From the NCBI RefSeq assembly GCF_039654945.1, contig NW_027361743.1, positions 2,852,001 to 2,916,000 of the forward strand: 64,000 bases of DNA, read 5' to 3'. The notes under the pieces were generated by a model that had not been told where the DNA came from, did no database searches, and worked only from the letters and a program-made list of their open reading frames with translations. Below are positions 12,972-25,239 of this stretch, piece by piece. Numbering within the stretch: the first letter of the stretch is position 1; each line of letters starts with the position of its first letter. Both the position numbers and the translations under genes were made by a program. The stretch comes from Dendrobates tinctorius. Lineage: Eukaryota.

Positions 12972-13824
12972 GTGACCACCTTCACTTCTCTTGGACCTCT
13001 GATCTAAATTTCATATTCACATGAATATCAAGTTGGGTATCAATAAAAATTTCACTTTCTGGAGCAAAATAAAAAAAAAGCCCTGACACAGTTCCAACAA
13101 CAACAAAAAATATTGTATTTTTTGCTGCTAAAATAGTAAAAATAAAACTGGATGAGTTTTTATCTCCATATTTGTATTGAAGAATTAGTCTCCAAGGTCA
13201 TTTTTCCCACCCAATAAACATGAAAAAACCCAAAAGAACAATTGTGGAATTGTGGGGCTTTTTTTTAAATTTTTCGCTGCACGTTAACACCATGCGGTTC
13301 ACTAAATGGGGTCAGTGAAAACTGCAACTTATCCTGAGTCTATGGAAAATTAAAAAGTTATGGTTCTAGGAAAAAAGTGGAAGAAAAAAATGCAATATCA
13401 AAGAATTGTACAGTGTTTGTATATGAAGCGCGCATGGCCGCGGGCTTCATTATAGATGTCGTTTTCCACGACCTTTCAGTAAAAATGTACAAAAAATTTC
13501 AAAACCTGTTTTCTATCTCACCGGCCCAGATGACTCAATAGAGATGAAGCGCGTGATTAATATTTATCAGCCTCCTTCCGATGTAAAGCCCGGGGAGAAG
13601 AAGTGCGGCCATAACACTGATGATTAATATATAATAAATGTGATCGGCACATTAATTCAAACACATCATCATGATGCCGGGCATGACAATTCGATTTAGC
13701 TTCATTTCTCTCTTACAGGGATCAAACAAATTAAGTAATGGGATTTGTATATTGCTCTTACTTTACAGCTCATATATTGAGACTGACCACAGACTGATGG
13801 AGGACATGCTAGAAACACAAGGAA

Positions 13825-13850
13825 CTATCTATCTATCCCATATCTATCTC

Positions 13851-13911
<61 letters not shown>

Positions 13912-13949
13912 TATCTCTATCTATTTATATATTATCTCTCTATCTATTA

Positions 13950-13982
<33 letters not shown>

Positions 13983-14002
13983 ATACATGTATCAATCTAT
14001 CT
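13825..14002. repeat. (TCTA)n/(TC)n microsatellite
   Basis: Directly visible tetranucleotide and dinucleotide runs. Confidence 0.95.
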
Positions 14003-14064
14003 AAAAAAAAGATAAAAGGCCACACTGTGGATTATTGGGTGCACACCTCGGGACATTAACTTAA

Positions 14065-14437
14065 AAGGAATCTGTCATCAGGTGTTTGCTATGTAGTCAG
14101 AGAACAGCATGAGGTATAGGCAGAGACCCTGATTCCAGTGATGTGTTACTTACTGGGCTGTGTTTTGCTGCTTCGATAAAGTCAGTGTTTTACCATTAGG
14201 AGGCTACTACTACAGGACTAGGTGTCTCATGACTCCTGGTCCAGCCACGCATCCACCACTGAGCAGTTTTCTGTCAATATATCAGTGTCATGGGAGGGGT
14301 TATAGACAGCACAGCATTCTGAGCACTGCTAGATCAGCACCCAGTAAGCTGAGTGATACATTGCTGGAATCACGGTCTCTGCTCCTACATCATGCTGCTG
14401 TTAGATTACATAGTAAAAGCCTGCTGACATATTCCCT
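14065..14437. mobile_element. T2/Kolobok-type MITE
   Basis: TTAA flanks; AAGGAATCTGTCATCAGG / CCTGCTGACATATTCCCT ends; internal inverted arms. Confidence 0.8.
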
Positions 14438-14855
14438 TTAAAGACCACTCATTATATAAAAAAGCAAGCAGCACTAGAAAATTTATGCACAAAAAAGTAG
14501 GACTACTTTATTGACATATCTCAGGGAGACCTGATTCCAGAAAAAAAAAAAATCAGTGATTATGAGAGAAGATGAGATGAACACACGGTCACTGCTGGTT
14601 TTTCTGGAGCCAAACATGGGTCAGTAAAGCAGCCCCACTTTTTGCACATTAATTTTGTGGTGCCGCCTGCTATTATGCCCATCTTCAGTCTAATTTTTTT
14701 CTATTTACGCGCTTTAGGAAGGAGATGATAATAACGATGATCATGGTGATTATGGCCGCCAAACCAAGAAGAGGAACAGTGCAGTGTGGATGAAGCGGAC
14801 ATGTCAGCCAGTCTGAGGAGTGTTCAGGAGCAGGAAGGGTCCGCTGGGGAAGGAG

Positions 14856-15668
14856 TGGCATAGGGCTGAGGGTGTGGCTTAGGGCTGAGTGCATGGCATA
14901 GGGCAGAGTGCATGGCAAAGGGCTGAGGGCATGGCATAGCGCTGAGGGCATGGCATAGGGCTGAGTGCATGGCATAGGGCTGAGGGCATGGCATAGGGCA
15001 GAGTGCATGGCATAGGGCTGAGGGCATGGCATAGCGCTGATGGCATGGCTTAGGGCTGAGTGCATGGCATAGGGCTGAGTGCGTGGCTTAGGGCTGAGTG
15101 CATGGCATAGGGCTCAGGGCATGGCTTAGGGCTGAGTGTATGGCATAGGGCTGAGTGTATGGCATAGGGCTAAGGGCATGGCATAGGCTGAGGGCATGGC
15201 ATAGCGTTGAGGGCATGGCTTAGGGCTGAGTGCATGGCATTGGGCTGAGTGCATGGCATAGGGCTTAGGGCATGGCTTAGGATTGAGTGCATAGCATAGG
15301 ACTGAGGGCATGGCTTAGGGCTGAGGGCATGGCATAGGGCTGAGGGCATGGCAAAGGGCTGAGTGCATGGCATAGGGCTGAGGGCATGGCATAGGGCTCA
15401 GTGCATGGCTTAGGGCTGAGGGCATGGCTTAGGGCTGAGGGCATGGCATAGGGCTGATTGCATGGCATAGGGATGAGTGCGTGGCATAGGGCTGAGGCAT
15501 GGCATAGGGCTGATTTCATAGCATAGGGCATGGCTTAGGGCTGAGGGCATGGCATAGGGCTGAGTGCATGGCATATGGCTGAGTGCATGGCATAGGGCTG
15601 AGGGCATGGCATAGGGCTGAGGGCATGGCTTAGGGCTGAGGACATGGCTTAGGGCTGAGGGCATGGCT
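14856..15668. repeat. 19-bp G-rich minisatellite, ~43 copies (GGGCTGAGKGCATGGCWTA)
   Basis: Tandem units are directly visible; they explain the repetitive minus-strand ORFs. Confidence 0.95.
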
Positions 15669-17069
15669 TTGAGTTAAGGGCGTATCTCCTCCAGTGAGGG
15701 AGTGTGTTGGGAGTCACCTGCATGACACTGTTGCAAGGGGAAAGCTTCTAAAACAACCATCAGGCTTGCTTAGGAGGATGGATCTGCCTGAGAGCAGGGT
15801 GAGAATGCCTGAAAATTCACAGGGTATACAATCCATATGCCCAACATGGGGAGAATATACAGACTCCTCATCATGTCATTGGTGAGATTTGATCTCAGGA
15901 CCACAGAACTACAAAAAGTGTTAACCACTGAGCCAATATGTCATATTGAAGTTTAGCAGTATGTATAGTGGAAAGTAATTTAAAAAATATTTAAAAAAAA
16001 TATCAAAAAGTTGTATGTCCCAAAATGGAATCAATAAAAAACTACAGCTCCGCACCAAAAAAAACAAGCTCTCATACTTCTCCATCAACATAAAAATAAA
16101 AAAATAAGTTACTTGTTTAAAAAAATGGCGATACAAATCCCTAATGTTTTTTTTTATAAATTTTTGAACTTTTTAAATTAATAAAATATGAAATAAAAAT
16201 GATACAAGTTGTGGAGCCAGTTCAGTACAAGACAAAGATTTTAGCATATTGCGACCAATAGGTACTTATTTACTTGTTTATCTGGTTTTCAAGCGCCACA
16301 ATCAATGTCATTGTTTTCGCATTAGTTTTTATACATGACACTATAACGGTCCGTTCTGCTGCGACCATGAATGAGGACGTCGCTTTATCAATATTAACAA
16401 AGTCTTGGAAATAAAGGACAAGTTCAACGGAGCAATGAGTTTGGTGAAATGATGGATTGACTTGGACGGGATAGCTTGCTCCTTCTACATGTAATCAGTG
16501 CTCCTTGACCTGGGCTGTTTATACAGGAGTAAGCAGGATAAAAAGTTCTCGGCACCAGGTATGATAAATATGCAGGTTCCATGGCTCAGATAAAGTGGAG
16601 GTGACAGATTATCTACGGCAGGATTGATTTTTTGCACTCCGCGTGAAGTATATTAATAACGGCTCTGTTCTCATTGTCATCTGGAGAATAATGATATAAA
16701 CTATAAAAAAGGGAACACTATATTTAATTCGAGCAGATGGGGTCCCTGTCACGTTTGGTTATTGATACCATCCTCCGTCAACAAAATCAATCTAATCCTA
16801 TAAAGTATAGTGGGCTGCTGATCAGGCAATGTGAAATGCGTGGCCCTCGCAAATATGTCACCTATATACCATGAGTGGTCTTATTCAGCAATTATTTGTC
16901 TTTTCTATTGATTAATTTCACATATTTGACCATTCAGCATTGAAAATGCAGGAAATAGTGCATAGGCATCTGTTGTATAAAATGATGAATGGTAACCCCC
17001 CCCCACAATTTGGGTTTTTCTTTCACTTGCAATTTTTGTTGTCTTCTTTGAGCTCTAACTTTACAATTT

Positions 17070-17152
17070 TATTTGTTTTTATTATTGTTTTATTTTATAA
17101 TTTTATGGTACTGTTTATAATATTTTTATGTTATCATTTGTAGTATTATTGA

Positions 17153-17184
<32 letters not shown>

Positions 17185-17622
17185 GTATCATTGTGTATTT
17201 TATTTTTATTATTTTTGCTGTTATTGTTATTACTATTGTTTATACTATTATTATAACAATATGCTATTTGCTAATATTATTTTTGGTTTTTATTACTGTT
17301 ATTATAATTGTTGATAGCATTATTAGTATTATTTATTAGTATTATTTGTTATTTTATTTTTATAATTTTTAGCTGTTACTGTTATCACTATTGTTGATAT
17401 TATTAATACCATAATAGTAATAATACATGTTATCTTTGTTATCATTTTTTATCTAGTATTATTTTTGTTTCTTAGTATTGTTATTATTATTGTTGATAGC
17501 ATTACTAGTATTATTTCTTAGTATTATTTATTAGTATTATTTGCTATTTTATTTTTATAACTTTAGCTGTTATTGTTATTATTGTTCATATTATTATTAT
17601 CAATAATAATACATGTTATCAT
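17070..17622. repeat. AT-rich low-complexity (ATT)n-derived tract
   Basis: Degenerate TAT/ATT repeats with a pure (ATT)n core near 17150-17185. Confidence 0.85.
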
Positions 17623-18658
17623 TTTTTCCAGCATTGCAGACCTTTGGCATTCTAGCAGTTAATTTGCTGAGGTAATCTGTAGAAATTTCACCGCATGCTT
17701 CCAGAAGTCCCTCCCACAAGTTGGTTTGGCTTGATGGGTAATTTTTGCATACCATACGGTCAAGCAGCTCCCACAACAGCTCAATGGGGTTGAGATCTGG
17801 TGACAGTGTGGGAGAGAGTGTCCCTGCCGAGTGTCCGGCTCGGAACCAAGGGGACTGTCACCTGGGTTCCGGGGGAAACTGTTTCCGGGGGACGGCTCGT
17901 GGAGACTGACAGGTTGGCTGGGGGAGGAGCCAATATAAAAGGGGCGGGGAACTCAAGTCACAGTGAGTCAGCAGAACGAGACAGAAGGAGCAGGAGACCG
18001 TGGGAGCGACTGAGAGCCAGAGCGACTTACCGGAGCCAGGAAGGAGGCCAGAGAGAGGAGAGATACTCCCCCTGGACATCAGTGGGACGGCGCCGAGACG
18101 ACCGTCCGAGAACCGCTGCCCCACGTCGACCAGCGGCCGCTGCCACCCTCCTCCAGCCCGCAGCTGTGGCCTGCCCGTGGTCACTCGCGGTCGTTGCTGC
18201 CTGGCTCCTGCCCATGGCTGCGGCCTGCCCACGGACACCAGTGGCCGCTGCCGCCTCACTTCAGCCCGAGGCTGCGGCCTGTCTCCCGCCACCCGCAGCC
18301 GCCCTGCTTCTACCCGTGGCCGCGGCTAGTTCTGTGCTGTTGGCGGCCACCACTGTCCAGCTCCAGTCCATGGCAAGGGCCGGGCAGTTGCTCGCCTTGG
18401 GTCCTCCGTTGCAGTCGCTGGCTGCGCAGGTGGCCTGCCAGCCGCCACCCCACATTGCCGCTGCTTGCCCCTATCCGGGGGCTGCGGCCCATCTGTCGAA
18501 GGACTCCTCCAGGGCCTGTTGTGCCCCTGCTACACCGGAGCGTTGGAACGCTCGAAGAGTATGAAAGATCTTCGGCGACTGGTCCCAGCGGCTGCTACGC
18601 CGAAGAACCATCGTCTGGGACGCCGAGGGACGTCGAGCCGGTTAAGTGACACTATATA

Positions 18659-20265
18659 CAGTGGGGCAAAAAAGTATTTAGTCAGTCAGCAATAGTGCAA
18701 GTTCCACCACTTAAAAAGATGAGAGGCGTCTGTAATTTACATCATAGGTAGACCTCAACTATGGGAGACAAACTGAGAAAACAAAATCCAGAAAATCACA
18801 TTGTCTGTTTTTTTTTTCATTTTATTTGCATATTATGGTGGAAAATAAGTATTTGGTCAGAAACAAGCAATCAAGATTTCTGGCTCTCACAGACCTGTAA
18901 CTTCTTCTTTAAGAGTCTCCTCTTTCCTCCACTCATTACCTGTAGTAATGGCACCTGTTTAAACTTGTTATCAGTATAAAAAGACACCTGTGCACACCCT
19001 CAAACAGTCTGACTCCAAACTCCACTATGGTGAAGACCAAAGAGCTGTCAAAGGACACCAGAAACAAAATTGTAGCCCTGCACCAGGCTGGGAAGACTGA
19101 ATCTGCAATAGCCAACCAGCTTGGAGTGAAGAAATCAACTGTGGGAGCAATAATTAGAAAATGGAAGACATACAAGACCACTGATAATCTCCCTCGATCT
19201 GGTGCTCCACGCAAAATCCCACCCCGTGGGGTCAGAATGATCACAAGAACGGTGAGAAAAAATCCCAGAACCACGCGGGGGGACCTAGTGAATGAACTGC
19301 AGAGAGCTGGGACCAATGTAACAAGGCCTACCATAAGTAACACACTACACCACCATGGACTCAGATCCTGCAGTGCCAGACGTGTCCCACTGCTTAAGCC
19401 TGTACATGTCCGGGCCCGTCTGAAGTTTGCTAGAGAGCATTTGGATGATCCAGAGGAGTTTTGGGAGAATGTCCTATGGTCTGATGAAACCAAACTGGAA
19501 CTGTTTGGTAGAAACACAACTTGTCGTGTTTGGAGGAAAAAGAATACTGAGTTGCATCCATCAAACACCATACCTACTGTAAAGCATGGTGGTGGAAACA
19601 TCATGCTTTGGGGCTGTTTCTCTGCAAAGGGGCCAGGACGACTGATCCGGGTACATGAAAGAATGAATGGGGCCATGTATCGTGAGATTTTGAGTGCAAA
19701 CCTCCTTCCATCAGCAAGGGCATTGATGATGAAACGTGGCTGGGTCTTTCAACATGACAATGATCCAAAGCACACCGCCAGGGCAACGAAGGAGTGGCTT
19801 CGTAAGAAGCATTTCAAGGTCCTGGAGTGGCCTAGCCAGTCTCCAGATCTCAACCCTATAGAAAACCTTTGGAGGGAGTTGAAAGTCCGTGTTGCCAAGC
19901 AAAAAAGCCAAAAACATCACTGCTCTAGAGGAGATCTGCATGGAGGAATGGGCCAACATACCAACAACAGTGTGTGGCAACCTTGTGAAGACTTACAGAA
20001 AACGTTTGACCTCTGTCATTGCCAACAAAGGATATATCACAAAGTATTGAGATGAAATTTTGTTTCTGACCAAATACTTATTTTCCACCATAATATGCAA
20101 ATAAAATGAAAAAAAACAGACAATGTGATTTTCTGGATTTTTTTTTTTCAGTTTGTCTCCCATAGTTGAGGTCTACCTATGATGTAAATTACAGACGCCT
20201 CTCATCTTTTTAAGTGGTGGAACTTGCACTATTGCTGACTGACTAAATACCTTTTTGCCCCACTG
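18659..20265 (+). mobile_element. Full-length Tc1-like transposon (1607 bp)
   Basis: TA TSD; ~200-bp near-identical TIRs starting CAGTGGGGCAAAAAAGTATTTAGTCAG; central transposase. Confidence 0.95.
19027..20055 (+). CDS. Tc1 DD34E transposase with a frameshift in the A-run near 19900 that alters the last ~47 aa
   Basis: Paired-like HTH N-terminus; WSDE, QHDND and [11 protein letters not shown] motifs. The normal tail ([13 protein letters not shown]...NKGYITKY) is in a shifted frame. Confidence 0.9.
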   Translation: MVKTKELSKDTRNKIVALHQAGKTESAIANQLGVKKSTVGAIIRKWKTYKTTDNLPRSGAPRKIPPRGVRMITRTVRKNPRTTRGDLVNELQRAGTNVTRPTISNTLHHHGLRSCSARRVPLLKPVHVRARLKFAREHLDDPEEFWENVLWSDETKLELFGRNTTCRVWRKKNTELHPSNTIPTVKHGGGNIMLWGCFSAKGPGRLIRVHERMNGAMYREILSANLLPSARALMMKRGWVFQHDNDPKHTARATKEWLRKKHFKVLEWPSQSPDLNPIENLWRELKVRVAKQKSQKHHCSRGDLHGGMGQHTNNSVWQPCEDLQKTFDLCHCQQRIYHKVLR

Positions 20266-21070
20266 TAGTTAAGGACCCATAGTCGGCCATACCACGGCCC
20301 TATAGTGACTGGCTTTGCCGGACGTAGTCGTGTTCTTAGATTTCCGTGTTGGCTTGTATTGAGTCCCTGCAAGGACAATTCCTGTTAATTTGGTCGGTTT
20401 CTTAGACTATCCCTGCAGATAGTTACCTACAACCTATAAAATTTGTTACCAAAACACAAAACCGTCTCGCATCTCGACACTGCATCCTGCGTACCTGCTC
20501 ACAACTGCGCCACTCCCTTACAGATAGAATACCAGCTGCCTGCTTCTTCCCCAACTAGTTCTTGCATAATTTGGAGGTGTGCCTTGGGTCACTGTCCTGT
20601 TGTAGGATGAAATTGGCTCCAATTAGGCGCTGTCCACAGGGTATGGCATGGCGTTGTAAAATGAAGTGATAGCCTTCCTTATTCAAAATCCCTTTTACCT
20701 TGTACAAATCTCCCACTTTACCAGCACCAAAGCAACCCTAGACCATCACATTACCTCCACCATGCTTGACAGATGGCGTCAGGCACTCTTCCAGCATCTT
20801 TTCAGTTGTTCTGCATCTCACAAATGTTCTTCTGTGCGATCCAAACACCTCAAACTTGGATTCGTCTGTCCATGAAACTTTTTACCAATCTTCCTCTGTC
20901 CAATGTCTGTGTTCTTTTGCTCATATTAATCTTTTCCTTTTATTATCCAGTCTCAGATGTGGCTTTTTCATTGCCACTCTGCCCTGAAGGCCAGCATCCC
21001 GGAGTCGCTTCTTCACTATAGACGTTGACACTGGCGTTTTGCGTGTACTATTTAATGAAGCTGCCAGTTT

Positions 21071-21527
21071 TAAGAGGCTGAACAGGAAGGAGACACTTAG
21101 TCTGGGAGGACTGACCCCAATGAAGAATGTCTCCAGACCGCCAATCCAGAACAGGTTCATGTATCCTTAACCAAGGAAGGCCTAAGAGAAGCGTATGGGA
21201 CAATGATGGCAGTACGAAGAAGGCTACCCTCTCCCGATGCAAGGCTCCAATTTGTAACTCTTCGGTGACCAAGGTAATGGTCTCCCGTAGGGGAGCACCG
21301 TCGAATGACGCTAACTGCTGAGGAGTCTCCAAAGACCTGACAGGTATCCGCAATCTTTTTACCGCCTCGAGATGGATGAAGTTCCCTGCCGCCCCAGAAT
21401 CAATATAAGCTACCTCTGAAGAGCATTTAGAACCGTGGTTCAACAAGACAGAAAGGGTCAAAGGTAGAGAGGTGTCATTAACACCTAGGGAGGCCTCTCT
21501 TACCTGTCCTAGGCGGAGGCGTTTCCC
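21071..21527 (-). pseudogene. Retrotransposon aspartic protease (start of pol), truncated
   Basis: DSGA active site in the -1 frame relative to gag, after the GGGAAAC heptamer. Confidence 0.8.
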
Positions 21528-22495
21528 AGTCTCACCGGACAAGAACGCAGGAGATTGGTGGCACTGTCACAATAGAGACAGAGACCTTGTGCGAGTCTCT
21601 CCTGGCGACGCTGCTCAGCCGGCTTGAGTCGGTCCACCTGCATGGGCTCTGGAGCTGCAGCCACGGAGGAAAATCGCCTGAGAGGAGGACTGCGTGTAGC
21701 TGGAGATGAGCGAGGAAATCTTCTCTCCCTGGCAGCTTCGCGGGTACGCTCCTGGAAACGTAGATCGATACGCGTCACCAGGGAAATAATGTTCTCCAGG
21801 GACGTTGGTGTGTCTCGCCCTGCAAACTCGTCTTTATTTCGAGCAGACAAGCCACGCCAAAAGGCTTCTACCAGGGCCTCATTGTTCCATCCTAGCTCGG
21901 AAGCCAACGTACGGAACTGGATGGCATACTGACCCACCAAGAGAGTACCCTGGCAGAGATTAAATAAGGACTCGGTGGCAGAGACCCGGGCTCGTCGAAA
22001 ACTTTACGAAAAGTCTCCAGAAAGGGGCGAGCTGGGAGACCAGAGGATCGTCTTGCTCCCAAAGGGGGTTTACCTAAGCCAGTGCCTCACCCTCCAAGTG
22101 GGATACCACAAAGGCCACTTTGGCTCGGTCGGTGGGGTACTGTTGTGGCAATAATTCAAAATGCAACTGGCATTGGTTAAGGAACCCCCAACACAGCTTG
22201 GGGTCCCCGGAATACTGTGGAGGTTTGGCCAAACAGGGGGAAGGCTGTGGAACTGGAGTCGGAGCGGCGGCCTGTAGGGTGAGCAGCCAATTATCCACCG
22301 AGGCCATGAAATTAAGCATGCGGGCTTGGGTGTCTTGCTGCTGGGTGAGTTCCTGCTGGAGACTGGCTAGCTGGGACACGCTCCCCGGATTGGAGGGCTG
22401 TAGGACCGGGAGACGGGACTCCGTGGTCTTCAAAAATGCCATGATCCGGGTCTGATTTTCCCGCAGGAACGCTAGTTCGTTTTGGGCGGCGCCAT
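21509..22495 (-). pseudogene. Retrotransposon gag, frameshifted
   Basis: ATG at 22495, just inside the LTR; ORF pieces 22442-22074 and 21940-21509. Confidence 0.8.
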
Positions 22496-23228
22496 GGCCT
22501 GATTATACTGTGAGAACTTTGAAGGGGTTCCCGGGGTGGACCCGCTGGACCGTGGCAACGAACCTCCCTCGGGCGAGCTCACCTGGTGTACCACCCCCTA
22601 TACAGGGAGCATTAGGGGCAGACCCAAGGGAGACTATCACCACAGCAGCTGGTACCCAGGGGAGAGGCCCAGGAGTAGCCGCGGGGGGGCCGGAGAGGCT
22701 GGCGGAGAACCGACAGGACTGGAACATGGAGGACGAACAGGACTGGGATGACAGAGGCAGAACAGAAACACAGAGGAGACAGCAAGGTGGAGGCATGGGC
22801 TGGAGGACAAGGCTTGAGACACAGGAATGAGCCTGGGCGGGACCACAGGCAGGCACTAGGAGAGAGGAACACGGAGAGTAAGAAACAGGCACAGGCAAAG
22901 GAACTGCTGGCAGGGGAATGCGCAGCAGGACGTGGGGCCAGGATCACTTGCAAGTCACAAATGATAATCAGGCACCGCCAGGAGGAAGGGGCGGCCTGAT
23001 AAGGGGAGAGGTTGAAGGACTTCCGGGTCAGGGTGCAGAGCGAGCAGGGAGACAAGAGCGGCCGCCCTGGGCAGAAAGGAGTGTGCTTGCGCTGCTGAGC
23101 ACAGCGCGGGCGCGCGCCCGTCGGGAAGCCGGGACAGAGCGGGAGCGCGCAGGGATGCCGGGTGAGTGTGCCGCGGCGAGGCAGGCGGTGGCTGCGGCGG
23201 TGCAAGGAGCGGTGAGGGCGGCGTGACA

Positions 23229-24006
23229 AATATTAGTAGCCTGGGTAGGGGTCAGAGATATTGATACCCCAGGCTACCAATATCAGCCCTCAGCCACCCC
23301 AGAGATGGTGCATCCATAAAATGTGCAAAATCTGGCACTTAGCCTTGCACTTCCATGTTGGCAGCAAGTAGGGTAAAAGGTTTGTGTTGATGTGAGCCTT
23401 GTATTATCAGCTGACATCAAGCCCAGGGGTTAGTAATTAAGAGGCATCTATAACACGCCCCCCATTACTAACCCCAGAGTAAATTTGGAAATAAACACAC
23501 AGCAAAAATAAAATTCTATGACCCTGTTTTACACATTTATTTAAAAATCAAAAAACTAAGTTATACTCACCATACACCTATTCCACTGAAGCCCTTGTCC
23601 CCTGTAAAAGGCAGAAAATAATAAACAACCATACTACTCTCCTCACGCCTATTTCATTGAAGCCCTTGTCCCCTGTAAATAAAACAAAAATAATAAACAA
23701 CCACATCCCTCACCTGTATGAAGTGAAGATTAGCAATACTGTCCCATGCTGTAATCCATCTCAGCTTCAAGACGGGCCAGTGGGCGGTCTCTTCTTGGTT
23801 TCTCTGGTCTACAGCACCAAGATAAGACGCTGCCTACAGTCCCTCCCTGGAGCATGAGCATCTCATTAACTGAAAACTTCTAGCACTGATTACACAAGAA
23901 CCACAAAACGGATTTCTTCACCTCAGGTATCATTTTAATCAGTGAAACAGCAACAACCTGATAATGTCTGTAGTTTCTCTAGCAAAATCCTGCAGACAGG
24001 TTCTCT
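23229..24006. mobile_element. Fragment of non-autonomous DNA element ending in a T2/Kolobok-like terminus
   Basis: Ends GACAGGTTCTCT-TTAA; shares motifs with 3640-3960 in inverted orientation; internal ~75-bp direct repeat. Confidence 0.45.
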
Positions 24007-24019
24007 TTAAGAATTTGGC

Positions 24020-24589
24020 ACATTCAGTCAAGATCACGTGAAATCATTATTGCCCTCTACTCCTCTTTGGTCAGACCTCATCTGGAATACTGTGTCCAGT
24101 TTTGGGCGCCACATTTTAAAAGAGACATCAACAAACTGGAGCAAGTTCAGAAAAGAGCAACCAGAATGATGACTGGTCTGCAAACCCTGTCTTATGAGGA
24201 AAGGTTGCAGGATTTGGGAATGTTTAGCCTGCAAAAGAGAAGAAGACTGAGAGGAGACTTAATAACTGTCTACAAATATCTCAAGGGCTGTCACATTGCA
24301 GAAGGATCATCTTTATTCTCATTTGCACAAGGAAAGACTAAAAGCAATGGGATGAAACTGAATGGGAGGAGATACAGATTAGATATTAGAAAAAACTTTT
24401 TGACAGTTAGAGTGATCAATGAGTGGAACAGGCTGCCACGAGAAGTGGTGAGTTCTCCTTCAATGGAAGTCTTCAAACAGACGCTGGATAGATATCTGTC
24501 TGGGATGATTTAGCGAATCCTGCTTTGAGCAGGGGGTTGGACCAGATGGCCCAGGAGGTCCTTTCCAACTCTACAATTCTATGATTCTA
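24020..24589 (+). mobile_element. CR1 LINE 3' fragment
   Basis: VRPHLEYCVQFWAP...WNRLPREVV RT C-terminus (24067-24513); tail ATTCTATGATTCTA. Confidence 0.92.
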
Positions 24590-25176
24590 AGTATACAACT
24601 GTCAGGAATAGACCAATTAATTCCTAAATATGATTTTGGACCTTGCTAACTCAAAAGGGCATCACAGTATAAGAGGAATACAAAGATGATCCCATAGCTA
24701 TGCTATCAGCTATTTATTATACTGACCCTCTCATACACATGCACCCTTGATTTGGCTGAGCATGCATGTGTGTTTTCAGAAGGAAGAGGGGAGACAGCTT
24801 CTATCAACAAATCAGGCAGTTATTCAACTTGTCCAAATGTTATCTTCACTGACTTCTTCCACCAGAGGAGAGTCAGGAGGCCCCCATAAACATTAGGACA
24901 GTGGTCAGGTCAAAATACCTAATGTGTATGGCAAGCTTAAAAAATGAACTGCAATATATAGAGGTTGTCCACCTTTAGAAATTTGGTACAACTGATGAAG
25001 TTGCATTTTGCTTGGCTATATGCATCTTCACCATCCTGGACTGAAAAAAAAAAACTCTTCTCCAGAAACAATGCCATTCCTGTCCACAGGCTGAGCCTGG
25101 TACTGCAGGATTTAAGTAAATTTGGCTGAGCTGCTATACCAAACACATCCATGGACCATAGGTGCCTACTGTATTT

Positions 25177-25178
<2 letters not shown>

Positions 25179-25235
<57 letters not shown>
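25179..25235. repeat. (TA)n microsatellite
   Basis: Pure TA run. Confidence 0.95.

Positions 25236-25239
<4 letters not shown>

Larger units (their letters stand above)
17807..20503. mobile_element. Solo-LTR-like element (~1.1 kb net) with GC-rich internal repeats, interrupted by a Tc1
   Basis: TGTGGG...CTCACA ends; 4-bp TSD ACAG/ACTG (one mismatch); TATA-like AATATAAAA at ~17932. Confidence 0.65.
17625..21070 (-). mobile_element. Degraded Tc1-like element (pieces 17625-17806 and 20504-21070) split by an LTR-like insertion
   Basis: Minus strand encodes [11 protein letters not shown] (17770-17803), LQQDSDPRH (~20590) and LAASLNSTRKTPVSTSIVKKRLRDAGLQGRVAMKKP; the pieces are colinear across the insertion. 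Confidence 0.8.
21071..23228 (-). mobile_element. 3'-truncated Ty3/Gypsy retrotransposon of the Tf1/sushi (PEG10-related) group: 5' LTR 23228-22509, gag, protease
   Basis: LTR TGTCACG...CTCACA; gag motifs YSGDPKLCWGFLNQC, PEPMQVD and a degenerate zinc knuckle CLYC...C; protease AYIDSGA and LLLGLPWL. Confidence 0.9.

Noticed and set aside
17800-18649. 254-aa Ala/Pro-rich ORF and overlapping ORFs
   Set aside because: GC-rich repeats inside an LTR-like element are open in several frames; no domain motifs.
18936-19676. 246-aa antisense ORF over the Tc1 transposase (also antisense ORFs over CR1 and hAT)
   Set aside because: Shadow ORFs of the sense coding frames.
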